Of a stretch of DNA of 64,000 bases, positions 52,245 through 64,000 are shown one piece after another. The DNA is from Eledone cirrhosa. Its lineage: Eukaryota. The stretch spans positions 281,232,001-281,296,000 of the forward strand of contig OZ024741.1 of assembly GCA_964016885.1 (NCBI GenBank), given 5' to 3'. The notes below the pieces were generated by a model. It did not search any database. It was not told where the DNA came from and saw only the letters and a list, made by a program, of their open reading frames with translations. Numbering within the stretch: position 1 is the stretch's first letter; each line of letters opens with the position of its first letter. The translations under genes and the position numbers were made by a program.

Positions 52245-55200
52245 TCTTCTGGTTTTATAATTTCACAAATTTTTACAAATAGAGAGAGAGTCGGTTTCTA
52301 ATATAGACACAAGACTCTCTCATTGGAATTTACACAACATCAACTAGGTAGATTATGTATGCATGCATGTGTAGATATGGATGTTATTGTATGTGTGCAT
52401 GTGTATATGCTTTGCATCTGTACATGTGTATATGCAGTTATTAGATGCAAATTTTTTGGAATGTTTTACATATTCTTACTGATCCATTAATGGATTGTAC
52501 TTGTAATTTGCTAACTAGTTGTGTTCTTTCTGTTCCTGTGAAGCCTAGCTTCTCAAGATTTGTATTGAGGCAGTTACTAACATACCCCAGTGCCCCAATA
52601 ATCACAGGCATAAATCTGAAGGTGTAATCAGGATGGAGTATCTGCAGATTTCTCATCAGTTCTACATAAATATTCTCCTTTTCGCTAATCTTTGATATTA
52701 TATTGGCATCTGCTGGCCATCTAACTTCCACTACTGTGTATGCTTTCTTTTCCCTGTCCCATATCATAATATCTGATCTCTTATGCCTGCATTTTATTGG
52801 GGTTTTTACTGGAACATTCCATCAGTACTCTTTCATATTATGTATATGGATGTCTTCCACATTGCTGTAGCTTTTAATGTGTTTATTATCAGGGCTATCT
52901 TTTCTACGGATTGCATTGTACAGTGTTTTGGCCACTATATCATGCCTCATAGGTAGATAGTACCGCGATGATATATTTGGACAGCTGCTGATGACATGGG
53001 TGACATCTTCGATGTTAATTCTACAGAGTCTGCACTTGTTATCACATCTAGGTGTTTTGCCTGCATCCCTATCTCTTTTGTGAATCAGGTATTTTGTGTT
53101 CATTTCCTGTTCTTGGATTGCAAAAGCATATCCTTCAAAGTGGGAGCCAATATAGCGGTTGTTGGTCCAAGATAGACTACTTTACTTATCTATATTACTC
53201 TCACTCTGGAGCTTCCTGGCAACATATCCATGCAAGATTTTTTGCTGATAAGCATGCAGTTTTTCATCCATGGATTCACTGCTGTACTGCTGAGCAACTT
53301 CCCTGGGTGTGAGTTTTTGATTATCACACGGAATATCTCTCGAGGAGTTCCTTCCCAACTCTCATGATCTTATCTGTTTCATGCAGATAGACTTCTACGC
53401 TTTGTCGGAGGGATATGATGCGACATTCAAATGTTGTCTGGACTAATGTTAGGCCTCTGCCTCCCTGCTTACGTTTCAAGTAAAGGCGGTCTATGTCACT
53501 GTTGATGTGGAAGTTTCCAGTGTTGTTTAGTATTTTTCGAGTTCTAACATCAACTGCTCAGATTTCGTCTATCGTCCAATTGAGTATTCCAAATGTTGGT
53601 GTTAGGACAGGCACAGCAAACACATTGTGAGCCACTGTTTTGTTTTGCGCAGAGAGTTCCGATGACCAGATCTTTCTTAATCGGGTGTAGTATTCCCTGG
53701 TTACACGTTCCTTATTACAGATACCATTATAGGATATGTTCTCACCTATCCCCAGGTATCTGTAGCAGTCCTCATCAGATATCAGTGAAACAGTTAGGCC
53801 ATTGATGACAATATTGCTAGATTGGGTTGTTATTTTTCCCCGCTTTACAGTCATATATGAGCATTTATCTTGGCCAAACTCCATTCCTATATCCTTTGAG
53901 AACGTTGTAACCAGGTCAAGATTTTTCTTCATCCCATCCATGTTCTTGGCATAGAGTTTCAGTTTATCCACAAAGAAATTATGGGTTAGGTTCGTATTTC
54001 TGTCCTCCTGTGAGCCAATGATGTATCCTTCACATTTCTTGAGCAGAAAGGACAAGGGGTTTAATGACAGGATGAATAATATCACAGAGAGACTGTCCCC
54101 CTGAAATATACCCCTGCGATATTTATTTTATCAGTGAAAATAGAGTCCTCCTTCTCTGTCTTTAACCTTAGGATAGTAGCCCAAGAAGAAGACAGCTTCT
54201 CTATGGCTCTGATAATAATGTCTGGGACTTTAGCAAGTTGGAGGGCCTCTATCATGCATGAGTGGGGAACATAATCGAAAGCTTTCCTGTAGTCCAGCCA
54301 TAATGTAGCCATATTCCTCCTAAGTTGTCGCACCTCTGACATCGCAGTTTTGTTGATTAGGAGTTGTTCAGCACATCCCCAAACCCCTTTCTTTCCAGCT
54401 GCTTGTTTATCTGTGATGATGTTATTATTTTCACAGTGATCTTGAAGGAATAGGTTCAGGCAGGCTGTATACATCTTATACATCAGGTTCTGGCATGCAA
54501 TGGGTCAGTAGTTTTTTGCCAAGTGGGTGTCTTTGTTCTTGGGGATCAGTAATATTTGTGCTAATGTCAACCATTCTGGTATAAGTGTATCTCCCTTAAG
54601 AACTTGTTGGTAGAGGTCAGTAAGATACCTCCAATAGAATATGTTTCTACCAGTAGCTGACAATCATGTCTTCCTGGTGTTTTTTTATCTTGGAGTTTTC
54701 CTATCATAGTTTCAAGGGTACCCTCACTTATTTCGTATGTTTTTGTTGTAGTGTAGGAGCAATAGTTCTTTCGGATTTCTTTTAGCCACACTGCATCTTG
54801 GTTGAAATTCTTCTTTTCACCTCATATTTTTCTCCAAAAGGAATCTATGTCTTTCTGGGATGGGGCCTCAGTGACACTTATTATTTTGCCCTTCGTATCT
54901 CTATAGACTGATGTTTGGTTTCATCTGAATCTTTTATTAAGCACTTTTCTTTCATCTACCTTCTTCAGGTATCGGCATTTTTTGCTAACAGCTCTCAAAT
55001 CTTGTTTGAGGGTGATCAGCTTATATTGAAGAGTTCTGGTTCTACTATTACCAAACATCGTCTTTATTTTATTTTTCACTCTTTGTTGGCGAGGAGTGAG
55101 GTTTTTTTGTGTTTGTTTGCATGTAAGGAGCATTGTCACATATCTTATGGTTTTTCGTAGGTCAGCAATCTTTTTTTCTATTTTAGTTATATATGATTGT

Positions 55201-56290
55201 ATTTTTGGTGGTGTTTTGTTCTTGTTAATATCTCTGCTATCACCAAGATAATGCTTCACTGTTGTTGCTAAGGCATATAAACAGGTGTTAATTTGCCAAA
55301 ATGTTGGGGTTTTTATCTGTCGTAAATATTCATCCCCTATTTTGTCAATAACGCGTAATATTTCATTATTTTGTTTTTTATTAAATATTGTTGTTTTAAT
55401 ATGTTCAGCAAGAGAAATGTTTATACATGAATTAATTTCTCTCTGGAAGATTTCGTTGAGGGAAATTTTCAATTGTTTATACTTTTGATTATTATCATTA
55501 TCGATAGTATTTTCCACAATAGTCAAGGTAGACTCGGATGGTACACGTGGTGTCAAATTTCTTCGATTATTATTATTATTTTTCCGATTATTATTATCGA
55601 TAGTCTTTTCCCCAGCATCCGAGGTAGACTTAGATGGTACACATGGTGTCAAGTTTCTTACAGGCATAGCTGTTTCAAGTCACTGTTCGACCTGGCTGCT
55701 AGGAAGTCTAGTAGCATGGCGACCTGTAGCACATGTTGTTGATCCCATGTTTGTTGTGGGGACTTACAATTAATAATATTTATCTTATTTTTACGTTCAA
55801 CAAAAGTCGCTTGTTGGCGTAATTGTTTCGCTGTGAAGTGATTTAGCTCTGGGTGTATTTCGTCCCAGTGTAGCTTCATTCTGTTCATATAGCCAATGGA
55901 GGGATTGTTTTTTGCCATTTTATAACAATTAAATAAATCATCATTAAGTTCGCAACTCCAAGAGAAATGCGATTTATAATTTTGGTTTCTTCTGTAGCTA
56001 CAACTGAATAAATTTTGTTTACCTTTCTCGTTGTTTTTCTTCGGTACTTCCTTAATGTTGTTGTTGTTGATGTTGTGTTCGGCCATGCTGTTTGTAGCAA
56101 ATCCTTGTAAAATGAATTATGTATTTAGTCGGATATCTCTACGAATTAGGTGTCTTCAGTAGATATAGTTAGAAGAATCTCCAGTTATTCAACATGACTG
56201 TAGTTGTGGCATTACTGTCGGAGATAGTATTCATCTTAAATTTAATAAATAGTCTCCCACGCCAAAATATGCAACTGATCGCGTTGACTA
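52245..56290 (-). mobile_element. Near full-length, disrupted R4/Dong-like non-LTR retrotransposon
   Basis: N-terminal Myb-like segment (WSCELN..CY..GYMNRMK.HW..QLRQQ), RT (WLDYRKAFD, FFVD.LKLY, YRYLG), CRLC..H..SSC knuckle, RHD and endonuclease (D....WD..VVEV, PVIIGALG). Many stops and frameshifts. Confidence 0.92.
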
Positions 56291-56330
56291 TGTATGTGTA
56301 TGTGTATGTGTATGTATGTATGTACGTTTG

Positions 56331-56373
<43 letters not shown>

Positions 56374-56389
56374 TAAAATAACAGATTAA

Positions 56390-56440
56390 AGTTTAAGCAA
56401 AGAATCGCTGCTTTCACCCTTAACGGGATCTTCTGAAACT
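56390..56440 (-). ncRNA. Hammerhead motif with one core substitution
   Basis: AGTTT CAGAAGA t-ccc-gttaa-ggg-t GAA AGCA-gcgattctt-TGCT T AAACT, in a ~125-bp insert between (TA)n tracts. Confidence 0.7.
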
Positions 56441-57809
56441 AACAAAGTCAATCTGTAAACGCAGATTTTAGTCTTCAAATTTATTATTATTACTATATAT
56501 ATATATATATATATATATACCTATGAATGTGTATGTTTATGTATAATGTTACCAAGGTTAAGAAACTTGTAATTTTGGTCCACTATTTTTTTATACTTGC
56601 ATTTTGATTCTCTTTAGAATAAACATTTTTCTTCAGTAACTCTGATTCAACACAACAGAATAGAACAGTTTTCCCTTTTATTTGTGTTTATTTTTATTTT
56701 GATAACTTTCCATCTTTTTTCTTCTGACACATCTCTTCATCTATCTTCATCTATTTTCATGATTACCATGTCATTGACAAACATTGTTTCAGATTTTGTT
56801 TTTAACCATTTTACAAAAAATCATTTGAGAACTAGTTCAAAATATAATTCGGTGATTTGAAGGGCCTTCAGCTGTAGAAAATCTGCTAAACAAAGGGTTT
56901 GAAGGGCTCTTCAGTTGTGTCAAAGACATAACAACCTCCTTAGTGTTGGTCACTATGAGATGTAACTTATAGGAGGCCAGTTAAACCTACGTAGGTGCAA
57001 GAGACTTTTTCAATATCAAAGAAGAATCCTTTTTGCAATTTTGCTTTATGTTGGATAAAGCTTAATATTTCTCATTGACACCCTTCCATAGTGCTTCTAT
57101 CTACCAATACCCGGTTTATTTACTATTGGTCATGCCTACCTTGGAGCAAGGTATACTTGATAAAAGGCACTCAGTACACTCTGGAAAATGGCCAGCAATT
57201 TGAGACTAAACTACATAGGGTAGAGAAGATTCCTTAAACACATCTAGGACATCTCTCTAGTGCTGGTGCTATGATAAAATGTAGCCAGTAGATTCTGTAA
57301 AGTGGTTAGTATTAGGGAGGGTATCTCCTATTAGAAACCATGCAAAAATGGTTGAGAGGACTTTTCAGCCATATCAAAAACATTACAACTACTCTAGTGT
57401 TGGTGCTATGAAAAAATGCACCCAATATGCTCTGATGGCATTGAGAAGGGCATTCACTCACAGGAACCATGTCAAAAGGGTAGGAAGGACTCATCAGTTG
57501 CATCAAGGACACAACAACTTCTCTAGTGCTGGGGCTATAATAAAATGCACCCAGTACACTCTGAAAAAGTATTGGTATAAAGAATGGTATCCAGCCCTAG
57601 AAACCATGTTGAAAATGAAGTATATTGCGCAAAACATAGAGCCCTACCTGACTAGGAGGGCAATAACTTTAATTAAATACCTGGCCGATAATGCTTCATC
57701 CAACATATGCTAGCATGGAAAACAAACTAAAATGGTGATAATGGTGATGATGATGATGGTATCAAAGAAGTGCCTGTTAACAGTGGTTGTGTGTTCTATC
57801 TTTCTACAG

Positions 57810-57938
57810 GAGAGAGCAGTGTATGACTATGTAAGTGGTTCTGCATTCAAAACAATGGACGAAACAGTTGATTTCTGGGTGAGCTTAACTAAGGCTTATC
57901 CTAGCATATGTGCTATTATTGATCCATTCCGCAAACAG
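57810..57938 (+). CDS. ENO4: Enolase-4-like gene, internal exon D (ERAVYDY...LTKAYPSICAIIDPFRKQ)
   Basis: TTTCTACAG acceptor, 129 nt phase 0-0, GTTTGT donor. YPSICAIIDPFRK corresponds to enolase YPIVSIEDPF and ENO4 YPSIIALIDPFRK. Confidence 0.9.
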
Positions 57939-58490
57939 GTTTGTATTATATTTATCTTGTAGTCTGTTGTATTACATTCATTTTGTCAATCTTCTGGTTT
58001 GTTGTTATTATTTGATTCCTGTTGTGCCTGATGCCAAGTGTTCCTGTTATTTGAACAACTGAACATCCTGCTTATGAAAACTAATGTGTAAGTGTCTGAG
58101 CATTCTACAGATAGATGTACCCTTAACATATATTCTTAAGGAGATTCAGTATGAAATATAGCGTCTTTCTCAAGTACACAACGGACCTCTGTGAATGGAA
58201 CTAATGACCTTACGATCATGAGCCAAACACCTTCTCAACTGGAGAGAGTATGCAACTGGAGAGGGTATGAAGAGAGGAGGTACAGTAAGATGAGAACATT
58301 GCAAGCTACATGCTGCTAGCCCAGGGAGGGGGGTCATTCTACTGTGGGAGAGTAAGTGTTGGGTCATGTTTATATATATAATTCATACATATGTATGTAT
58401 ATATGTACCTATGTCAGTATGTATATATATATATATATGTATGCATGTATATATTATGTATGTATGTGTGTGTGTGTTTGTATGTGTGTG

Positions 58491-58521
<31 letters not shown>

Positions 58522-60738
58522 GCATGAATGTGTATACGTATGTATTTAATGACAATGTTAATGATAAGACAAGTATGAATATTAAGAAGGCAGTAAACAG
58601 CAGACAAACAGATGTTAGACTGGATGAGGCAAAGAAATAATGAAATAAGCAAAGTCAGAAGTATTTTCAATGATTGCTATTGTTTAGATAGAGAGTTATA
58701 ACTAATTGCAACTATTTTAGAAATTGTCGAGGATATTTTGAGAACAGGTAAAAATTGCATTACTTTTAAATCTCCACAATTTGAGAAATCATTTGGGATT
58801 TGTCTGTCTGTCTTTCTCAGTATTATGCAGTTTATATTGTTACATACATTATCATATAATGACTGTGCCAACTACGATGTGAAAGTCTGTAGTCTAGTGG
58901 ATAGAGTGTTTAATTCATGGTTATAAGATGATGGGTTTGATTCTTACACCAGGTGGCATATTGTTCCCTTGATCAAGGCACTTCATTCCATTGCTCCAGT
59001 CTACTCAGCTGAAAATTATTACTAATGGCTTCTGGGGGCTAGAACTGTGATGGACTGGTGTCTCATTCAGTCTTGTATTCTCAATCACTTAAAACCTATG
59101 AAACTGGTGGTAGCTCCAAACTTTGTCCAGCCTGTGCAAGCATGGAACAAATAATAACTAACTAACCTACTACAACCAATATGGACATGTGATGCACATA
59201 GATGATGATCGCTGAGTGAAGAAGTGTCAGGAAATCCCAGTAGCAGGAAGCCACAGTAGAGGAAGACCAAGGAAAACCTGAACAGAGGTGGTGAGAGCTG
59301 ATCTTAAATCGTTGAAATGGAGATGACGAAGGAACGTGATGAGTGGAGTGATGTTGTACAGTAAAGGACCTGTTTAACCCATGCAAGCGTGGAAAAGTGG
59401 ACATAAAAACAATGATGATGAACAAATTGACACTATGCTTTCAATTTATCACCCACATCCTCAATTTTACATCTGTTTTTGTGTGGGTTGGACAAATCTT
59501 TTCCAACAAAGCTTTCTTCCACTTGTTTTTTCTTTTTCCCTCTGCCATATCCTCTGTGACGTTCAGCACTCTGAGATCAGTTTTCATCATACCTGACTAG
59601 GTTTTCCTTGGAACACCTAGCACTTCTTCACTCAATGATCATCATTCATATGTTATCACATATCCATACCAGCTCAGTACTCCCCCCCCTCTCTCTTGTA
59701 TGGTTTTTTTCTTATATCCAAACTTTTCCTTCAACTAGTCTACACTTTGTCATCCATGTACACTAATATTATACCTCCAGCAAAACATACTCATCTCATT
59801 ACTTTCTAACCTTTGCATATCCTCTGCATTCAAAGCCCATATCTCTCTATCATACACTTATTAATAATTGTTAGACAATATCTTTCTTGTAGAGGTTTAC
59901 TGTTATAGCTTATCATTGCATTTTTACCTTGGAGTTAATTATTTTGGCAGGTCAACATGCTTTTGTATTGTTTTTATTTTGTTTTTAAATTCTAGTCTTC
60001 TGAATGCAAAAAATGTCTGTTGCGAAGTGTAGATAATGAAAGCTAGTTCCAAATACAATTTCATATTCACAGCAATGCTTACATTTTAAATATATCATGT
60101 AACCAGGAAGTCTATGAATGTCTGATTCTTAAAGTGTCTGTTGAATTCTTAGCTTTTTTTTTATTGATTCTATTTTCAACTATTTATCTTATTTCATGAT
60201 TTGGAGATGAAGAAGTACTTCATAGTTTTGTCTTTTGCCAAGATGCATTTCCTCTTCATAAAGATAATTCCATATGCTGAAGTGCCATTGTGATTTCTGA
60301 AAAATTCTTAAAATGAGTGTTTATTATAGTGGATTGGTAGAATCAGTAGAGTATCAGACAACATGCTTTGCTGCATAGAGTTACGGCCCTTTACGTTCTA
60401 AGTTCAAATCCTTCAGAGGTTAGCTTTACCTTTCACCCTTATGGGAGTGATGAAATAAAGCACTAGTAACACACTGGGGTCGATTTTAACTGGACATCCC
60501 CCTCCAAAAAGAAAAAAAAAATTGTTGGTCGTGTGCCTAAATCAGAGAACATTATTATTATTTGTTTTTGTTGGTTGACTTTGCCTTTCATCCTTACGGG
60601 GTCGATAAAATAAAGTACCAGTAATGTACTGGGTAATTGCTGGCCTTGTGCCTAAAGTAGAAACAATTATTATTATTTGTTTTCTTTTTCCATTTTATTT
60701 TCTTCAGTAAAATATCGATTTTCTTTTGTCTGTTTTAG

Positions 60739-60997
60739 GAAGGAACACTTTGGCAACGACTATGTAAAACTCTCTCTGAACAATGCCTTATAATTGGAGA
60801 TTTTAATGCTGATTGGCCTTATCAGTTTAAGGAACTTAAAGATAGTGGTGTAAAAGACTTGGAAACAACTGATGTATTTGAAGCCAGCAGCCAAGAAACA
60901 AAGCCACAAGACAACTATGTGGCTACAGGTCAAATTCTACAGATTCAGATGGACACAACAATTACAGATGTAATTGAATATGTAAAAGATTACAAAG
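60739..60997 (+). CDS. ENO4: Enolase-4-like gene, internal exon E (EGTLWQRLCKTLSEQCLIIGDF...TTITDVIEYVKDYK)
   Basis: TTTTAG acceptor, in frame with exon D. W..L...L...C.IIGD and TITDVI match the enolase barrel. The donor GTTGGA after 60997 (phase 1) is less certain. The gene appears to continue beyond the window. Confidence 0.8.
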
Positions 60998-61899
60998 GTT
61001 GGAGTCAAAAAGAGCTTTTAATTTCTCAATTCTTTGATAAGTTCAGATGTGTGCTCCAGCTTTCAAAAAATACCATCTTTATTCACCAAAATATTTTCTA
61101 ATTCAGTGTATATTCTTCATCTATATTAAGTATTTATTGGGGGAAAGAAATGAAATATATTTTCAAAGGTACAAATAACAATTATGTTGATGAATTTTTT
61201 TAAAAAAGAAAGTTTGAATCATCATCATCACCATTACAACCACCACCACCACCACCACCACCTTCTTCTCCTCCTCCTCTTCCTTGCACACTTATTCTTG
61301 GGAGGTTCTAGCAAGCCTGCCAGCATATCCTGTTAGTAGCAACTGTCTCCAATTTATTCAGCTGAATCCCAAAACAAGACCAGCCGAGCTCATAGATGTT
61401 ATCCAACCATCTTTATCAGGGTCTACTCCAGGGTTGCCTGCCATCTGGTTTTGCCCATAAAATCTGTCCAGTGATTCTTTCGTTAGATATTCTGACCACA
61501 TGTCTGAGTATCGGAGCTGTGATTTCTCATTTGGAGAAGTAGCAGCTCTACATGGAGTGACTCCTTGATCTGCGAGCTACGCAGTTTATCAAGTAATGTT
61601 ATTTCAAAGATCCTTCAGAGGAGCCCCATTTTTATTGCTTGTATTCTTTCAGTCATTACCCAAAATACACGACCATAGGTAAAGGTTGGCATGAATACCG
61701 AATTGAAGATAGCTAGTTTGGCTTTTATACCTAGCTTCTTTCTTCTGATGGCCAAATTCTGAAGCTCCTGTAATTTTTGCACTTAATTCAGCTTTCTGCC
61801 GTTTGTGTTGTTCTTTTTTTGAGCATGCTTTTCCTCAGAGGCAAGTTTCAGTTTCTCTACCCCTAGCTCTATCCCTTTGTGCAGTACTCGTCTCCCTCC

Positions 61900-62530
61900 T
61901 GCAAGGTTTGGTGTGGCCATCAGGCCAGACTTGGCTCATATTGGGACCACTCGGTAACACAGCTTCTTTATGAGTAAGGCTTGGCATGGCCAACTAGCTC
62001 AACCTTCCTCACAGTGGAACCACCCAGCTCCCAAATTATGGTTCTGTTGAGGGCAGGGTATGGTGCAGGCAACTGGCCAGACCTCTCTCATAATGGGACC
62101 AGCCAAATCCTAAAGCACACCAATGGTCCCAATATTGTGCAAGGTACAGTGCGGTCATCTGGCCAGACTCGGCTCATAACAGGACTACCCAGTAATACAG
62201 CTCCACTATATGTAAGGATTGGTGTGGCCAACTGGCCAGACCTCCCTTATTGTGGGACCACCTGGCTCCCAAATTATGGTTCCACTGTGAGCATGATATA
62301 GCATGGCCAATTGGCCTGTCCCTCCTCATAATGATACCATCCAGTCCCACACTGTAAATGTAGTTGGTGTTAGAAAGGACATCCAGCTGTAAAAATCCCA
62401 GCTAAACTTACAGTTCTCTCTGAGCAAGGTATGGCGCAGCCAACAGGGCAGACTTGTCTCATGACGTGGGTGACTCATCTAACCTATGCAAGCATGGAAA
62501 ATGGATGTTAAGCAGTGACGATGATGATAT
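61900..62530 (+). mobile_element. Paralog of the 880-1365 repeat-rich retroposon
   Basis: Same TGGCCAGAC repeat units and the same RTE-type tail. Confidence 0.7.
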
Positions 62531-64000
62531 ATATGTAAAAATTATACAGAAATAAAAAAGCAAATGACACTGTACAATGAAGAAATATATTAGTTTAATG
62601 CTTGTAAAGAGAAGATTGGAGAGATGCAAAGAGGATTGGATGCAAATAAGGGGAAAAGGGTGGGGGAAGCGTTTGAGGGTAGAATGGAGCTGGCAGAGGA
62701 AGGATTTGACACACACATATATCCTTGCTTGTAGACACTCACACACATGTGTATTTGTTTGTTTCTGCATGTTTATAGTTTTATGTATGAACACACTAAA
62801 TACTTGGAAAGAAGTCTGAAGAGTCTGGCATATGTTTGTTTGAATAGCTACAAAATTAGATGTATACTATGGTTTTATGCCTATATCCTGGTAGATACTT
62901 ATCTCAGTGGAGATTGGCAATTCTCAGTGGTTGTCATTGTTGTTTAGCCCACATCAGGCCTGATTGAGGAGAGCTATCATCATAAACGTTCCAGTCATAA
63001 CCATCTTGTCTTTATTTCAGGCATATTATATAGTATTCATTTCTTTTTTAAAATAGTAAGAGGATTTGGCAGAGTTGTTAAAACATCAAATAGAATGCTT
63101 TGTGGTATTTGTTCCAGCTCTCTGCTCTCTGAGTTCAATTCCACCTTTCATCCTTCTGAGGTCAATAAAAAAAATACCAGTCTAGTACTAGGAACAATTC
63201 TTTTTCTATATCTCTTTTTTTCACTTCTCTCTATCATATGCTAAACTTTTTAATACCTCTCTGCCAAAAATTGCCCTCAGTTCTATGAAACAAAACCACT
63301 CATTTTAAATTAAAATCTTTCAACATAATTTTGTATAAGAATCACATGTAATTTTTGTAACTAAATAATTGGTAATTTTACTAACTAAATAATTGGTAAT
63401 TTTCGTAAATCTCTAAAAATTTTTCATTCCGAGTTCCAATTCCACTAAGGTTGACCCGTAACAAGAAAAAAATGATCAAAGGGGTGGAAATGGCCAAATG
63501 CCCTGCTTCAGCCTGTCTTTTGGCTATACTGCATAATCTGTTTTGAGATTATCTTACATCCAATTTATTGTTGAGCCTGCTTTTGAATATTGAATATGTA
63601 AAGTGATTGATGTTAGGAAGGGCATCCAGCCATAGGAAGCTTGCCAAACTAGGAGTTTGGTAGATCCTTCAGTTTGTGTCAAAAGACACAACTTCTCCTC
63701 TGCACTCAATAATGATCATATGTACCTCCTCAGCCTGTCTGTGATGTCAGTGGCCCTGCTTCAGTACTCACTTGATCTATGTAGGCCCATCCAACCCTTG
63801 CTAGCAAGGAAAGCAGACATTAAATGATGATGATGATGATGATCAGCATTGTTGAACATCTATTTTTTCATGTAAGCTTGGGTTGGACAGCTTTCATGTG
63901 TTTAGTTTTGCTTATTATCATTCTATCCAAGAGAAAGTTAAGTTGTGGTTTTGTATCCCATTTTCTTTGGTAGAGAGACATTTAATCAACAAGTTGTTTA

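Overview
AT-rich, microsatellite-dense eukaryotic DNA. The repeat content (tRNA-headed SINEs with RTE-type (GAT)n tails, Deu/Nin-like SINEs, RTE LINEs) looks like an octopod cephalopod, but this is inference only. The window is almost all intron of one + strand gene: five short exons (15702-15836, 41646-41717, 44837-45001, 57810-57938, 60739-60997) splice in frame into an enolase-4-like protein that lacks the catalytic motifs of glycolytic enolase. The introns hold RTE LINEs with a PHD-type zinc finger inside the RT, a near full-length R4/Dong-like element set in a (TATG)n tract, CRE- and CR1-type fragments, a non-autonomous Helitron, and hAT, piggyBac and mariner MITEs. The most striking signal is a set of unrelated short cassettes, mostly lodged in or beside (TA)n tracts. 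They carry minimal type I hammerhead ribozyme motifs (about ten motifs, roughly eight sequence families), often with partial inverted copies. One has a circularly permuted ~394-nt monomer, typical of retrozymes or Penelope-like pLTRs. Another cassette has the same geometry but carries a tRNA-like cloverleaf instead of a ribozyme. All structures were read by eye, and repeat boundaries are approximate.
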